Source: Neophaeotheca triangularis (Eukaryota). From it: DNA of 64,000 bases. Every line of letters begins with the position of its first letter. Within the stretch, counting starts at the first letter, position 1. Shown here one piece after another: positions 45,686 to 57,644 of the stretch. Below the pieces are notes generated by a model that saw only the letters and a program-made list of their open reading frames with translations, made no database searches and was not told where the DNA came from. The position numbers were made by a program, and so were the translations under genes. The stretch is from NCBI GenBank assembly GCA_054600435.1, contig BAAIJX010000057.1, positions 62,001-126,000 on the forward strand. The letters run 5' to 3'.

Positions 45686-46388
45686 TTGAGTTTGGGTGGG
45701 AGTGGTGGACGGGATGCGGGGGGGTTTTTGTTGGAAGATTGAAGATCTGGTTTTGGGTTCTGTGATTGGAGGAAGGGGTTTTTTGTTTTTGTCGTGAGCG
45801 TGGGAGTTTCTGGCGTTTTGGGTTAGGGTTGGGGTTTGGGATGGGTTGAATTGGAAAGAGTGTCTGTTCCCTGTGGAATCTTTGCTTCTGGTCGAGGGGA
45901 GCTTTGCCCTTAGAGTTGCTTTTGTCTTTCGATACATTGAGAACCTTGTGAAGTAAGATCTGCCCATCTGAGTTGGTGATGCCGAAGGTAGAGCAAAGTC
46001 GTCGACGACAAGTGAAGTCGACTGTCAAATACAGTCTAAAACTGTCTGGAAAGACAGGGGCGAGCCCACGTTTTGCCGTGACAATCTGCTATTTGTGTAT
46101 CGCGCATGACAAGACAAGGGTCCCGAAAGCGAGACAGAGCATTGGTTATATTCGAAATACGTAGACGAGAAGTAATGGATGCCAAAGCTTCCTCCCGCAA
46201 AACTCCCTCCAACGCCACGCTATGCGACTCAAAACAACCATCGGTACCCAAAACCCCCCCCCCAAAAAGAAGCCTCGCCCGAAAAGAAGAAACCCCACCC
46301 GCTCGCTATGCACAACCAGCCAACCCACGGGGGAAAAAGAGGAAGTACGAAAATCCAGGACCACAAAAACACACACACATCAACACCC

Positions 46389-49376
46389 TCAAAGCCTCCC
46401 ATCCCCCCCAGACCTGCCCACAGTAATCGTCTCCAAATTCCGCGCACAAGCCTTGACAGCCGGGCCCTCCCACCACACCTTCCCCGCCTCCTCCCCATCC
46501 CCTCCACCATCCAGCCTCCCCAACCCCCCATTCCGAACCCACTGCCCGACAATCCCATGCACAAACTCCAACTTCCTCTGCAATAGATTCGCAACCACAA
46601 GCTTCTGCCTGCTTCTCTCACCCCCATGCAACAGCGCCGCAGTGCTGTCGGCGTGGACTTCGCGGTCGTTGACGTGTTCGGCTAGCAAGTCGGAGCGGGT
46701 TGCGAGGTGCGTACACGCCGAAGCGCTGAGTAGCGTTGCGGAGACGTGAAGGCCGTCGGCGCCGAGTACCAATTTCGTGTGGTCCGGGAAATGCACTTGG
46801 AGGGAGCCGTCGGCGAAACCCCAGATTCCTGGGTTGCCGAGGCGTTGGTAGAAGCGGATGAAGTTGTGGGCGCGAGCTGGGTGCGTTGAGGCGGTGGCGG
46901 AGGCGGCGGAGGGCCGGTTGGAGCGCTCTTCCCCGTTGAGCGTTTGGCACATGTAGCGCGCGAATTTGATCCATAGGATGCCCATCGTGTGACGCCTTTC
47001 GGCTTCCGCGGAGAGGTGGCCGGCGAGGGGATCGTCGTCGACGCCGGTTTTGACGCTGCCCAGGCCTTTGTAGACCTTGCGCACGACGCCCTCCTCGCCT
47101 AGGTCCTCGGAGATTTCAAACGGAATTCGCTCCATGCCTTGAAAGGTTTTGGTGTTTACTCGCTCGATCCACTTGGCTCCGCTGCGAACGACGACGTGGG
47201 TGACTGGCTGGTATTCGGTTCTGTTGGACTCGTTGATGATGATGCCGACTGTGCCGTCTTCGGCTACGTAGCCTACGCCGTGTTTGCGGCTATAGTCGAC
47301 CCATCTAGTGACGAAGGGAAGATTCTCCGCCTCTGCTGGGTCTGTCTTGGGGAGTCGGGTGGAGTTGCGCAGCGCCAGTCCGAGATTGTGGTGCAATGTC
47401 TTCAGCCGCGAGAGCACACTCGGTGGGTCTGTACCCTGCAAGCAGTTGGTTGAGGCAGGTGGGCTAACCGATTCACTTGCCTTTCTCGGCACTGGCAGTC
47501 GCTTAGACATCTGCGGAGGCGGTGGTAGGGAGAGTGTCGCCGATTCGGCGGTCTCGGGCTTTTGTGTCTTCTGCTTCTCCTTGTCGGATTCTGGATCCGA
47601 CAGTATCTCTATCACTTCAGCGTCGGCAGGCTTCTTGCGAGCTCTCTTGACGGGCGATGTCTTCTTCAGCTCGTCCAAAGTAGCTAGCGGATCTTGTCTC
47701 GAAGCAGAGGGGGCGCGCTCTCGTCTGGCGGTGGGCTTCGGTCTTCTCGCGAGGCTTGCATCCGCGCTTCTCTTGACTGTCCCTATTCGTTGCGGTTTTG
47801 ATTCGCTGGATCCTTGTGATTGCGAGTTGGACGATACACTGGACTCCTTAAGTGTCTTGGGCGCAAATGTCGTCCCAGTCCTGGTCTTGGGGACCCGCAA
47901 GCCATCCAACGGTCCATCGGGCTGCACACGATGCGTCTCTGAAGTTTTTGCGGCTGTTTCCTCGCTAATAGTCCGGCCGGCCTTGCGGATGGTGCCTGTC
48001 CTACCTGCTGGTCTCGATGGTGGAGGCATCAAATCTGCATCTCTTGCTCCTCGTGCATGCATCGGGCGTTGAGAAGCCACCTCGTTCTGCGATATCTCTC
48101 GGAGCCCACCGCTTTGTGCTTTTCGCACTTCCTGCGCTTCCTCTTCACAGACTTCGCCCGGGAATGTGTTCAAAGGAGACTTGTACACCTCGTCTTTCTT
48201 GATCGGCATGGTTGGTACCGTCCCCATTTGCTCCTCCGCGACCATGTCGTGTACTATACTCCTGACCCTCTTTCCGCTGTTCAGTGGGAAACGCTTCCCT
48301 TCAGAGTACTCGCCCACGCCTGAAGCTTTGCAGATCTCCCACCATGAATCGCTGTAGCCTTTCCTGTGAGTCTCGGCGGTCGGCATTCCGACATTTGGCC
48401 AAGAAGGCGCCTTTTCCCGCGCGGTGGATGGTATGCTGGTTGGAACGAAAGCGATCTTGAAGAACGGGTGGCTGACGATCTTATCCGGGTTCGGACGCAA
48501 TTCCTCTGGCACCAGAAGAGTCGAAACCAAGTCTCGTAAGTCTGCGCTGATGTTGTTGTTGGTAGCTTTGAGCTCCGGCCACGAGTAATCTCCAACTTTG
48601 AGCTTCTTGTAAATCTCCTCCTTGCTGCTTGCGTGAAAAGGCGCTTTACCAACTGCAAGCGTGTACGCTATGACCCCTATTGCCCACAAGTCAACCTTTT
48701 CGCTGTGACCCTTGCCCTTCTCGAGGATCTCCGGAGCCAAGTAGTTCGGTGTACCGCACATGGTGGTGCGTCTTTTGACCTCCATTTCCTTTTCGGTGAC
48801 CAACAAGGCGGCCAGCCCAAAATCTCCGACCTTGACGTTCATATTCGAATCCAGGAAGAGGTTGCCGGTCTTGAGGTCTCGGTGCACTATGTGCCTGTGA
48901 TGCAAGTACTTGACGGCGCCGCAGATATGTATCACGAAGCGCCGTATTTCTGGTAGCGTAAGGCATTTGCGCCTTTTAAGCATGTCCGCAAGCGAGCCAT
49001 TGGAACATAGCTCGAGCACCACGTATGTCGAAGTCTGGAAGGAGAAGGCCCGGTAGAAGGTGACAATGTTCGGGTGGTTGAGTTTCGAGTGTATCTGTAA
49101 TTCTGTGACGAACTGCAAAGGCTGTTAGACTCCATCGACGGCGACATCCACCCGTCCTTGATTGGTCTCTACCTTTTGCGCCAGCTTCGCCGGTTCCATC
49201 TTCGACTTGACAATCTTGAGAGCAAACATCTGTCCCGTGGGCTTGCTGCCCTCGAATCTCTCCGCGCGATGGCATATGGCAAAGCCGCCCTTGCCCAGAG
49301 CCGAGCCAGTCGCATAGTTGGTGCCATGTGGTTCCGATACAATCGGAGGCGGTGGTTCAGCGTGCACAGAAGACAT
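46389..49376 (-). CDS. CDC5: Polo-like kinase (CDC5/PlkA); exons 49376-49173, 49112-46389
   Basis: LGKGGFAIC, HRDLKTGN, DFGLA, TMCGTPNYLAPE, and polo boxes (FVTRWVDYSRKHGVGY; GSLQVHFPDHTKLVL). Confidence 0.95.
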
Positions 49377-49728
49377 GACGGCGACGGCGGCGACGGCAAC
49401 GAGAAGGGGTGGTTGTTGGTCTCGAGTGTTACCGGAGCTCAGTGCGCTTGAAGCTCGACTTGATGTTTGCGAAGCTAAACACTAGTGAGCTCGTTGCTGG
49501 GCGACCAACGCCGGCTTAAAGCCGAGATATTACCGTGGCGGCTCTGCTGACACATACAGTATGTTGCCTGTAGGTATTTACAGCCACCTACTACTATTCT
49601 ATTCTGTCCTTCCTTAATCATGGCCTGCGAGAACAGCAAAACACACAGTCGCTGCAATAGATGCAGTCGCTGCTCCCGTCCTACGCTCCCTACCCGCCTA
49701 TCCGCGGCCTGGGTAGAACCCGAAGCGT

Positions 49729-50454
49729 CTACCTTCCACCTGCGACATCGATGATGGTCCCGGTGACATACGATGCGGCCGGCGAGAGTAGCCAAACGAT
49801 GGCCTCCGCAACTTCAGACGCTTCACCAGGTCGACCCAGAGGGGTGGCGTTTCCGAATCGTTCAACTCTTGATGGGTCCGAAGCATGGATGTCGGTCTTG
49901 ATGATTCCAGGCCGTACAGCATTCACCCTGATACCCTTGGGACCCAGTTCCTTCGCGAGGCCGACAGTCAGAGTATCCATGGCGCCCTTGCTGCCGGCAT
50001 AATCCACGAACTCGTTGGGGGATCCTAGACGAGCCGCAGCCGAGGAAATGATTACAATGCTGCTGTCTTTTGGCAATCTCCTTGCAGCTTCTCGAGCACA
50101 CAAGTATGAGCCGAGTACATTCGTGTCGAACACTTGGCGCAAGCGTTCGAGGCTCATTTCTGCCAGGGGAAGCTTGGGCGCTGTTATTCCAGCATTGATG
50201 ACAACGCCTTGGACTGGTCCGTACTGTGCCTCCATCGAGTCGAACAATCGGACTACGTCCATTTCTTGAGTGACATCTCCCTGCAATATCACACCCTTGC
50301 CTCCCGACTGATTGATTGCCTCAACAGCTGCTTCTGCTGAAGATGCGTTTGTAGCGTAATTGACACCGATGTTCCAGCCTCGCGAACCCGCCAGACGAGC
50401 GGTGGCATTGCCGATTCCTCGACTACCACCAGTCACCAGGATATTTTGTGTCAT
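49729..50454 (-). CDS. Short-chain dehydrogenase/reductase of bacterial YgfF/glucose-1-dehydrogenase-like type
   Basis: TGGSRGIG, NAG, catalytic YAGSK, SSAAARLGSPNEFVDY, VRPGIIKTDIHA and terminal DVAGGR. Intronless. Confidence 0.92.
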   Translation of the reverse strand: MTQNILVTGGSRGIGNATARLAGSRGWNIGVNYATNASSAEAAVEAINQSGGKGVILQGDVTQEMDVVRLFDSMEAQYGPVQGVVINAGITAPKLPLAEMSLERLRQVFDTNVLGSYLCAREAARRLPKDSSIVIISSAAARLGSPNEFVDYAGSKGAMDTLTVGLAKELGPKGIRVNAVRPGIIKTDIHASDPSRVERFGNATPLGRPGEASEVAEAIVWLLSPAASYVTGTIIDVAGGR

Positions 50455-51170
50455 TTTCAATAAGAGAGCAGATTGTTGTTTGCGTGTGCAACACGCATCT
50501 AACGGTACCGTGTCTTCAACGCTTGGTCATGGAATTGAATACCGATATCGGGCTGTTCAACAAAGCGAAGTGGCTATAGCCAATCAAATTCTGGCGCTGT
50601 ATTCGCACGGCTGAACTTCACCAGGCGAAAAATCCCTGGTGATTAATTGCCCGAGCTTGCCTCGGGCCTATACTACTATGCGGACCTTCGACAATTCGTA
50701 CCCTAACGCTAAGGAATGATTGGCTGTCGTTACTCTAGATGATTGGCTGTCGTTGCTCCAGGGTTAAATCATCGTAACGTGACCTAAAGGTTATATAGAT
50801 ACCTTCGTTCTAATATATACCTAATATACATACCTAACAAAAATCTACTACTACAACATTTCTATGACTATCTATAACATAAATCTAACAACAATTACGA
50901 TCACTTCACTACTTAATACTTTACGCACCTCCTTCTATAACAACAAAGTATGTTATATAACAATAATTGACAAGAATTTCGACACTTCCTACGTACTCCC
51001 GGGGCTTCCTTTTGCTATGTCTTGGCATTACTATATGTCGCATTCTCAGATTTCCTACTCCTAACATTAATCTAATAACAACTCCCTAACATTATTATAT
51101 CGCTAATATCATTACCTATTATCCCTTAACTATCACTTCCATTAGTACGCCTATAGTATAAGCCGCTTCT

Positions 51171-51620
51171 CCTAATAAAAAGCTAATAATAAGCTAATAG
51201 AAATCTAACAATACTATACTACGTACTTCTATACCTCGAGGTCACATCTACTCCCCCTATAATTACTATCCCTTCTAACAAAAAGTTGCTAATAGTAATC
51301 TAATAGAAATCTAATACTTACGTACTCCTATACCTATACCGCATTCATTCACTTTTCAATAACCTATCGTTCCTAATAAAAACTCGTGGACGGTAATCTA
51401 ACGAAAATCTAATAATACCCTCGTACGTATATATACTACTCCTAGATATGTCTACCCCTTCTCTAATAACCTACTTCTCCTAATAAAAATCTAACGGTAA
51501 TCTAATAGACATATAATACTATCCTATCGCGTATCTGTTCTCAAACTATGTCAGAATGCCCTACTAGTAACCTATTTCTCCTAACAAAAAGCTAATAACA
51601 ACTATTTAGACACCCTATAA
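51171..51620 (+). repeat. Five imperfect ~102-bp units, each starting with a CCTAAYAAAAA-like site and built of ~11-bp CTAAY sub-repeats
   Basis: Unit starts at 51171, 51274, 51372, 51479 and 51580. Confidence 0.75.
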
Positions 51621-51703
51621 CACCCCTATCTAATACTATCCCTTCTCCCTCTCCCTAGTAAGCCTATACACATATAATAGTAATATAATAACAATTCGGT
51701 AGG

Positions 51704-54700
51704 ATAGAGGGTCGTGTTTATACTACCTATTATACTAAAAGACTAGTATTAGAGTTCTCGAAAGGATGTTAGGTACTTAAGACATGTAATCCTTACTATA
51801 ACCGAAATCGAAAGGCTTTAACAAAACTACGTATATCTAGCCCACATTATAGCGAGTATAACGCTATTACTATAGGATATCGGATCCCTAGTTAAGAGAC
51901 TATATAATAATAGCATTTAAGGCGTAAAACTACTACGTCCTAACGCGAGCAACGGTATACTAATATCTAGTAGGCACATATAGATAATCCTTATCCTTAG
52001 CCTACTCCCTATCCTTAGGCATCTCTCTATCCTTAGGTAGCTCCCTATCCGTAGGTAGCTCCCTATCCGCATATAGCCCCCCGTCCGTAGGAGGCTACTT
52101 AACTATGCCTTATGCCCTCTACCTAAGCTTTATCGCTACTTACTTAGGCCCCGTTAGACCCCCTTCGCGAAGGTACGTACACTACTCTAGTTAAATACTA
52201 TCCTCTCTCGAGCCTATAGGATCTTTCTTAACTAGTAGTCTCTAGTCGTGATTAGGACAAAATCTAGTAGTAGTTAGCGACCTTAGACTAACGAGAGTAG
52301 TATTATTATACCTACTATAGGGAGCTTTAGTTCGACCTCTCCTTACAAAATGGCATTTACTAAAGGTACTTCATTCGCGACCGAGCTAAGCCTAAATCCG
52401 AGCCCTTTCTTATGTCTACTAAAAACAATATAGATCCTAGAGATATACCTAACCTTCTAGAACTTATAGACATCGAGTAGCTCCTTATTACCCTAATACA
52501 CATTAGTATATACATGTATTACGTTAAAGGCATATAGTATAGGTATAAAGATTATGTTATAACCTTCCTCCGTAATGTCCCTAATATCGTTACTATACTA
52601 CCCTGACTTCTAGTAGAATATGATCTCATACTAATCCGGCCCTAGTAGAGTTATGGCGATAGGGGAGACAATGTCGTCCGACAATTCAAACGAGCATTCA
52701 CTATCCGTTAATAGAACATGTAGCGCTAGCTAGAATATCTCTATAAACATTATCCTAGATTCCGCGATATCTCTATTAATTAGTCGCGTCTCGTATAGTT
52801 ACCTAACGATACCGACGTCTTCTATGATATCTAAACTATTGTAGAGCTAGATGATACCTATAATACTAATGCGATATTTAACAGCGTCGCTAACGAGGAC
52901 CTTAAGTAGGAGATTAAGCATTACACTATTCCTAATACCTAACTACCCTATAGCAAACTTAAGGATCTTAGACTTAGTACGTCTCGTTCCTAACAATAAA
53001 CAATAGTTTTTGTTATTATCCGTTAAGTAATTTGCTCGTTCTTACCTAGCTAAAGCTACCTACCTATTTCTTCTACCCTTATATTCCTTTCCTGTTTATC
53101 ACTACTACTCTATTCCTAACAAGAATAGATCTTTTTGTTATTAGAATCTAACTGTCTTTTAGGACTTAGTATCGACTATAGAAACCTTATGCCGGATATC
53201 TAGTAGCTATAGCTTAAAACACTTCGCTATTCTACGTAGGGTCGTAGGTAAAGGATTTTCTCCCTTATATTCCTATATCTTTTCCTATGTAGCTACGCTA
53301 ACTAGGCTATTCCTCGCTGTCGAATAACTAGGCTTATCTTTCTTATATAGACCTAGTACCTCCTTCGGTTCTATAATAGACAGTTTACGAAGCACGATAG
53401 GTTTCGCTATACTACGTTTAATATCTAGATAAGGGATCTTAGTAGTAGCCGTTCTTATTAGATACTGAATCGTAAGAATAGTGTCCCTCTATCGCTCGAT
53501 AAGCTACGCGACGCTCTTATAGAGGAAGCGCTATAGGCCTAATCGCTTATAAACTAAATTGTCCGTAGCATAAGTAACATTAAAGGTATCTATCTATTCT
53601 AGAGCTGTCGTCGCCACGAGCTATCTACATATGTATATACCCTAGGGAAGCCTACCTTTTTTTTTACTTTTAGCGCTACTAATACCTAGTAGTATAATAT
53701 CTAGAAGCATTTCCTAGACTATTAGTAGTAGAAGTATAGTAGTGACTCTAAGAGGTACTATATTAACCGCTATAACATACGCGTATGCCCCTATATCGTA
53801 ACCTAGCACTTTAGCGACCGCTTCTGCCTATTCTTCGACATCGTTATGGCCCTAAAGTTTAGTATTATCGATTACTAGTAGAGGTTCGAATTTTAGGGCT
53901 GTAGTAGTACTTATATCTATAGATTTGCTTTTTGTTAGGATATGCCTAAAGTATATACGAACCTCGAAATAGAGATTAGTAGGGACTAATTCACATAGTT
54001 TTAGGAGCGCTATATAATAGTAATGAACCCGGAGCCTACATGATAACGAGTACTTATAGGAGAGAGAGGCATTATTAATAGTAACTGCTTTAAGCTTAAA
54101 AACAATATGGCATACCTATCTAATGTAGTGAATTGGGTATAGCACTACATCTATAACGAGTAGTATTGTCTTCGGCGCCGCATTAATGTACCTAATACGC
54201 TAAAGGAATGTCGATTCTACTTTCCTTAGAGCGCTAGACCTACTAAAGTTAATAAGAAGAGAAACCCTAACTACTAGTTATTCTATACTGCCTCGAATAA
54301 AACTAACATGAATTAGTATAACCCTACTATTAGTCTCGGATAGCAGGCGAATAGCGACATCTCCCTATACACGTCTCTTTAGGTAGTACTAACTTATGTT
54401 ACTAAGTACTATACGAAAGATAAGCCCTAGACTAACACTTACTAGTATATATTAAGGCTCCTTACTCCTTACCTTAACGAGTCCTAACTAAAACTATCCT
54501 TTATGTCGAAGATGATAAACAAACTAATTGCTAAGCGAGACTAGTCCGCTTAGGAGGTATCCTACATTCTATTTAGGCTTTAACTATATAGTAGTAGTCA
54601 TGAGGTTATTACCTTTAACTATCGACCTAAGTACCTCTTTAGGGAATCTATAGAGCTAAACGAAGATAGTATAGAGTAGGACACTAGTAAGAGTATACTT

Positions 54701-57000
54701 GAGAAGTATAAAGCCCGTAATGCCGAGTACGACTACTCGCTACTATGCTTCCTTTAGGGCTATAAACATGTAGTACATAAGAAGTATCGTCCTCGACCTC
54801 GCGCTCGTAATTACGTCATTATATACTAGCTATAGTATGTTCCTTATAGCGAAGATCTCGAAGACTATTACTATATAAAGATTATATTATACTACCCTTT
54901 CTATATATATCCTACCTTACTATATAAAGGTGCCCTTACCTAGAAGGCGGCCTATCTCTTATACTAGGAGTCTTATAAGTATAAGCTAGACTTCCTTAAA
55001 TAAGAGCTACTACTACCTAATAACGAGGAGTTTAAGTTTAAGGATTCGGAAGATAACATTATCGATAAATAGGAGTAGCTCGCTATAGAAACCGCTATTC
55101 GTAACCCTATAGAGAGATTAGAGGACCCCGACAATCTAGGGTTATATACTAAGGACTAGAAGTATAACTAGAGCTTCTATATCGGTACCTATCTCGATAC
55201 TAGTATCTATAATGGCAAACAATACTAGAAGCGTTAGAAAGAACTCTTCCTAGACGTTTCTCGCGTTACCTAGCACTTAATAGATGTTCTATCTACCTTA
55301 GCCCCTAAATAGCGTGTAATCTATAATATAGTGATAAGTCACTATACTAAGTTTATCTAAGGCTATAGCCCCCCTCCGTTATTGCTTAACATTAATAGTC
55401 GAGCTAGTACCGGTAAGTCATTCATTATTAATGTCATCTCTACCTACCTTATAGCTAAAGCTAGCGACTAGGTTATTATATGGTGCGCTCTAACTAGTAC
55501 TGCATCCTTTAGCATTACTAGGAGCACGTTATACTCCCTTTTTAAACTCCTAGTATAGAAGGTTAAAGAAATGCTACTACTTATACCTAACTCTCTTAGC
55601 GCCCTTTAAAGTATACTCCGTAACATCTAGTACCTTATTATTAATAAAAAATCTATAGTTAGCTTAGCCACTTTATCCTATATCGAAAAGCGCCTTATTA
55701 AGGCCTTCCTAGATTAGAGAGATATCCCGTTTAGCGGCATATCCATTCTTTTATTTAGCGATTTCTAGTAGCTCCCTCCTATAGCGGATAAGGCCCTTTA
55801 CTTTAACATCTAGCGATCGGAACCCTATACTAATAATAACAATTTCGTACCTACTAATAATGCCCGTAGTTCCTAATCCTCTTCCTAGGATATACGAGAG
55901 CTACCTAACAACAACTCTCGTATAGCTAACAATATTTAACTAGCTATCTACTTTAATTAAAGCGTATCCTAGGATGACATCGAGGGTTACTACAAATACT
56001 ATACGTTTAATTAGAGCATTAAGCTTTAGGTTTAGTAGCATTAAGACGCTAACTAGAACGCTTTCCGGGAAGCCCTCGATAGTCTTCGATTCTGTTTAAT
56101 CACTATAGAACACTAGTAGACTCTCGTATCTCGCTACTAGGTTAATTTGACCTTTAATAAGATTAAGTAATTCGACGATACTATCTACCTATACCTAACC
56201 TCTATAGTAATAAATGAATATAACTACCGTTAGTAGTAGTATAGTAGATAGCTAGTACTTAAAGTCCTTATGTCATATTGCCCTAACGGTTATATCGTAG
56301 AACAAGCCTAAGTAGCTAAAGCTAGCTAACTAGAGTAGTACCTAGAGCTTAGCATTAGCTATAAGTTAATGTGTCTTAAGAATATCTAGACGGAGCGTAG
56401 GATAGTTAATAGGACCCTTTACCGCCTTTACGACATCGTTTAGTCTGTTAACGCTAATGTCTAACGTAACTAACTACTCTACTTACTTGTCGCTCTCCCT
56501 TCGAAAAGCTATTACGGACCTAGAGTTAAGACATACGCCTAGCATAGATCTAAGTACTCTATAGTACTAATCTTCTACTTATAGAGGGACTTTTATAAGA
56601 AGGGGGAGGTATAGTACTATAACTAGTTCCCCGTTAAATTAGCATATATACTTACTATCTATAAAGCTTAAGGTATAACTATAGAAAAGGCTATACTAGA
56701 TCTTACTATTAGGGTACGGAACATGGCTGTTTTTTATGTTGTAGTCTCTCGCGTAAAACGGCTTAAGGACTTAATGTTCAAGTAGATATTCGACCTTAAG
56801 CAGCTCTAGGCTACTAGTAGTATTACTACTAATATGTATCTCTAAGACTACGAATAGCGACATACCTAACTACTCATTTCTACTAACATAGCGTTAACCT
56901 AGGCGACTACTACATAATTACGAAGTGCCCTTTCCTAGCGACTCCTCTCTATCCTTTAGAATTAGCGTTAAAATAGCGGTACCGTTTAACCGGAGTAGGA
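51704..57000 (+). pseudogene. RIP-mutated RepHel gene (N-terminal Zn finger, Helitron_like_N, HUH Rep, PIF1 helicase)
   Basis: After reversing TA to CA/TG: CTTC..KRPVSEF..LKTCNPC (~51720-51800), QYRYKGHV (~52540), RFRY..FN (~53400), FFTFSAAD..W (~53660), EFQGRGSTHIHG (53888-53923), W.AN.DISP..YVAKYCTK (~54340-54420), GRAGTGKS (~55400), IDEKSMV (~55640), FGGISILLFGDF.QLPP (~55730), QFPVKLA..LTIHKAQG.T (~56625-56680). Intron 52977-53162. End approximate. Confidence 0.88.
52005..52095 (+). repeat. 18-bp tandem repeat x5 (CTCCCTATCCGTAGGTAG-like) in the RepHel N-terminal region
   Basis: Seen directly. The unit length is a multiple of 3, consistent with a coding hexapeptide repeat. Confidence 0.75.
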
Positions 57001-57346
57001 GGAAGATCTCTATACTAGTAGTCGTCCCCTAAATAGAACCTTGGGTATCTAAACCTTACCTAATAGAAACCTATTAATGTTAGAAAACACATCTCTCTAC
57101 TAGCGTCTCGCTACCGTTGCTAATCATATCGTTCATTTCTCCTAATAAAAACTATTAATTTTTGTTAGGTAAGGTCTATCTCACGTTATGCTAGGTAAGC
57201 CGCGTAACCTTTACCCTTACGAATTCTAATCTTTCTCCTACGTCCTCCTCTTCTCTTAGTACTTTCCCTAATATAAACTATCTCTTTTTTGTTATTAGTG
57301 TAGTGTCTTATAAATTATAGAAACACTTGTAACCTTAAAGAACTCG

Positions 57347-57478
57347 GGAAGAGTATAGCGAGGCTATTAACGTATATAATGAATTCCGTACGGTTAAGTA
57401 GATTAGTATAACGGGAAGAACATAGCGAGGCTGTTAAGACATGTAGTAAATTCGGTACAGTTAAGCAGATTAGTATGC
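57347..57478. repeat. ~66-bp tandem duplication between the two element genes
   Basis: GGGAAGA..ATAGCGAGGCT.TTAA...GTTAAG.AGATTAGTAT occurs twice. Confidence 0.8.
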
Positions 57479-57644
57479 CGCGCGAGCGTAGATAACCTTT
57501 ATGTTATATATAACTCCTAAAAAAACACCTAAGGACCTATATACGGCGTAACTACTAGTATATAGTAAACCACATAAACACTATAGCTACCTAGATAGCG
57601 TAGATAACGAAGACTACCTATATAATGACTAACGAGCACCTAGC

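Noticed and set aside
50864..51064. 66-aa ORF inside the transposon 5' region
   Set aside because: Chance ORF in RIPed AT-rich non-coding DNA.
51171..51620. CRISPR-like or telomeric array
   Set aside because: Eukaryotic context, degenerate units and no cas genes. CCCTAA-like words are scattered RIP products, not tandem telomere repeats.
53929..53939. TTTTTGTTAGG copy inside the Rep coding region
   Set aside because: Explained by coding sequence just after the HUH motif, so not counted in the non-coding motif array.
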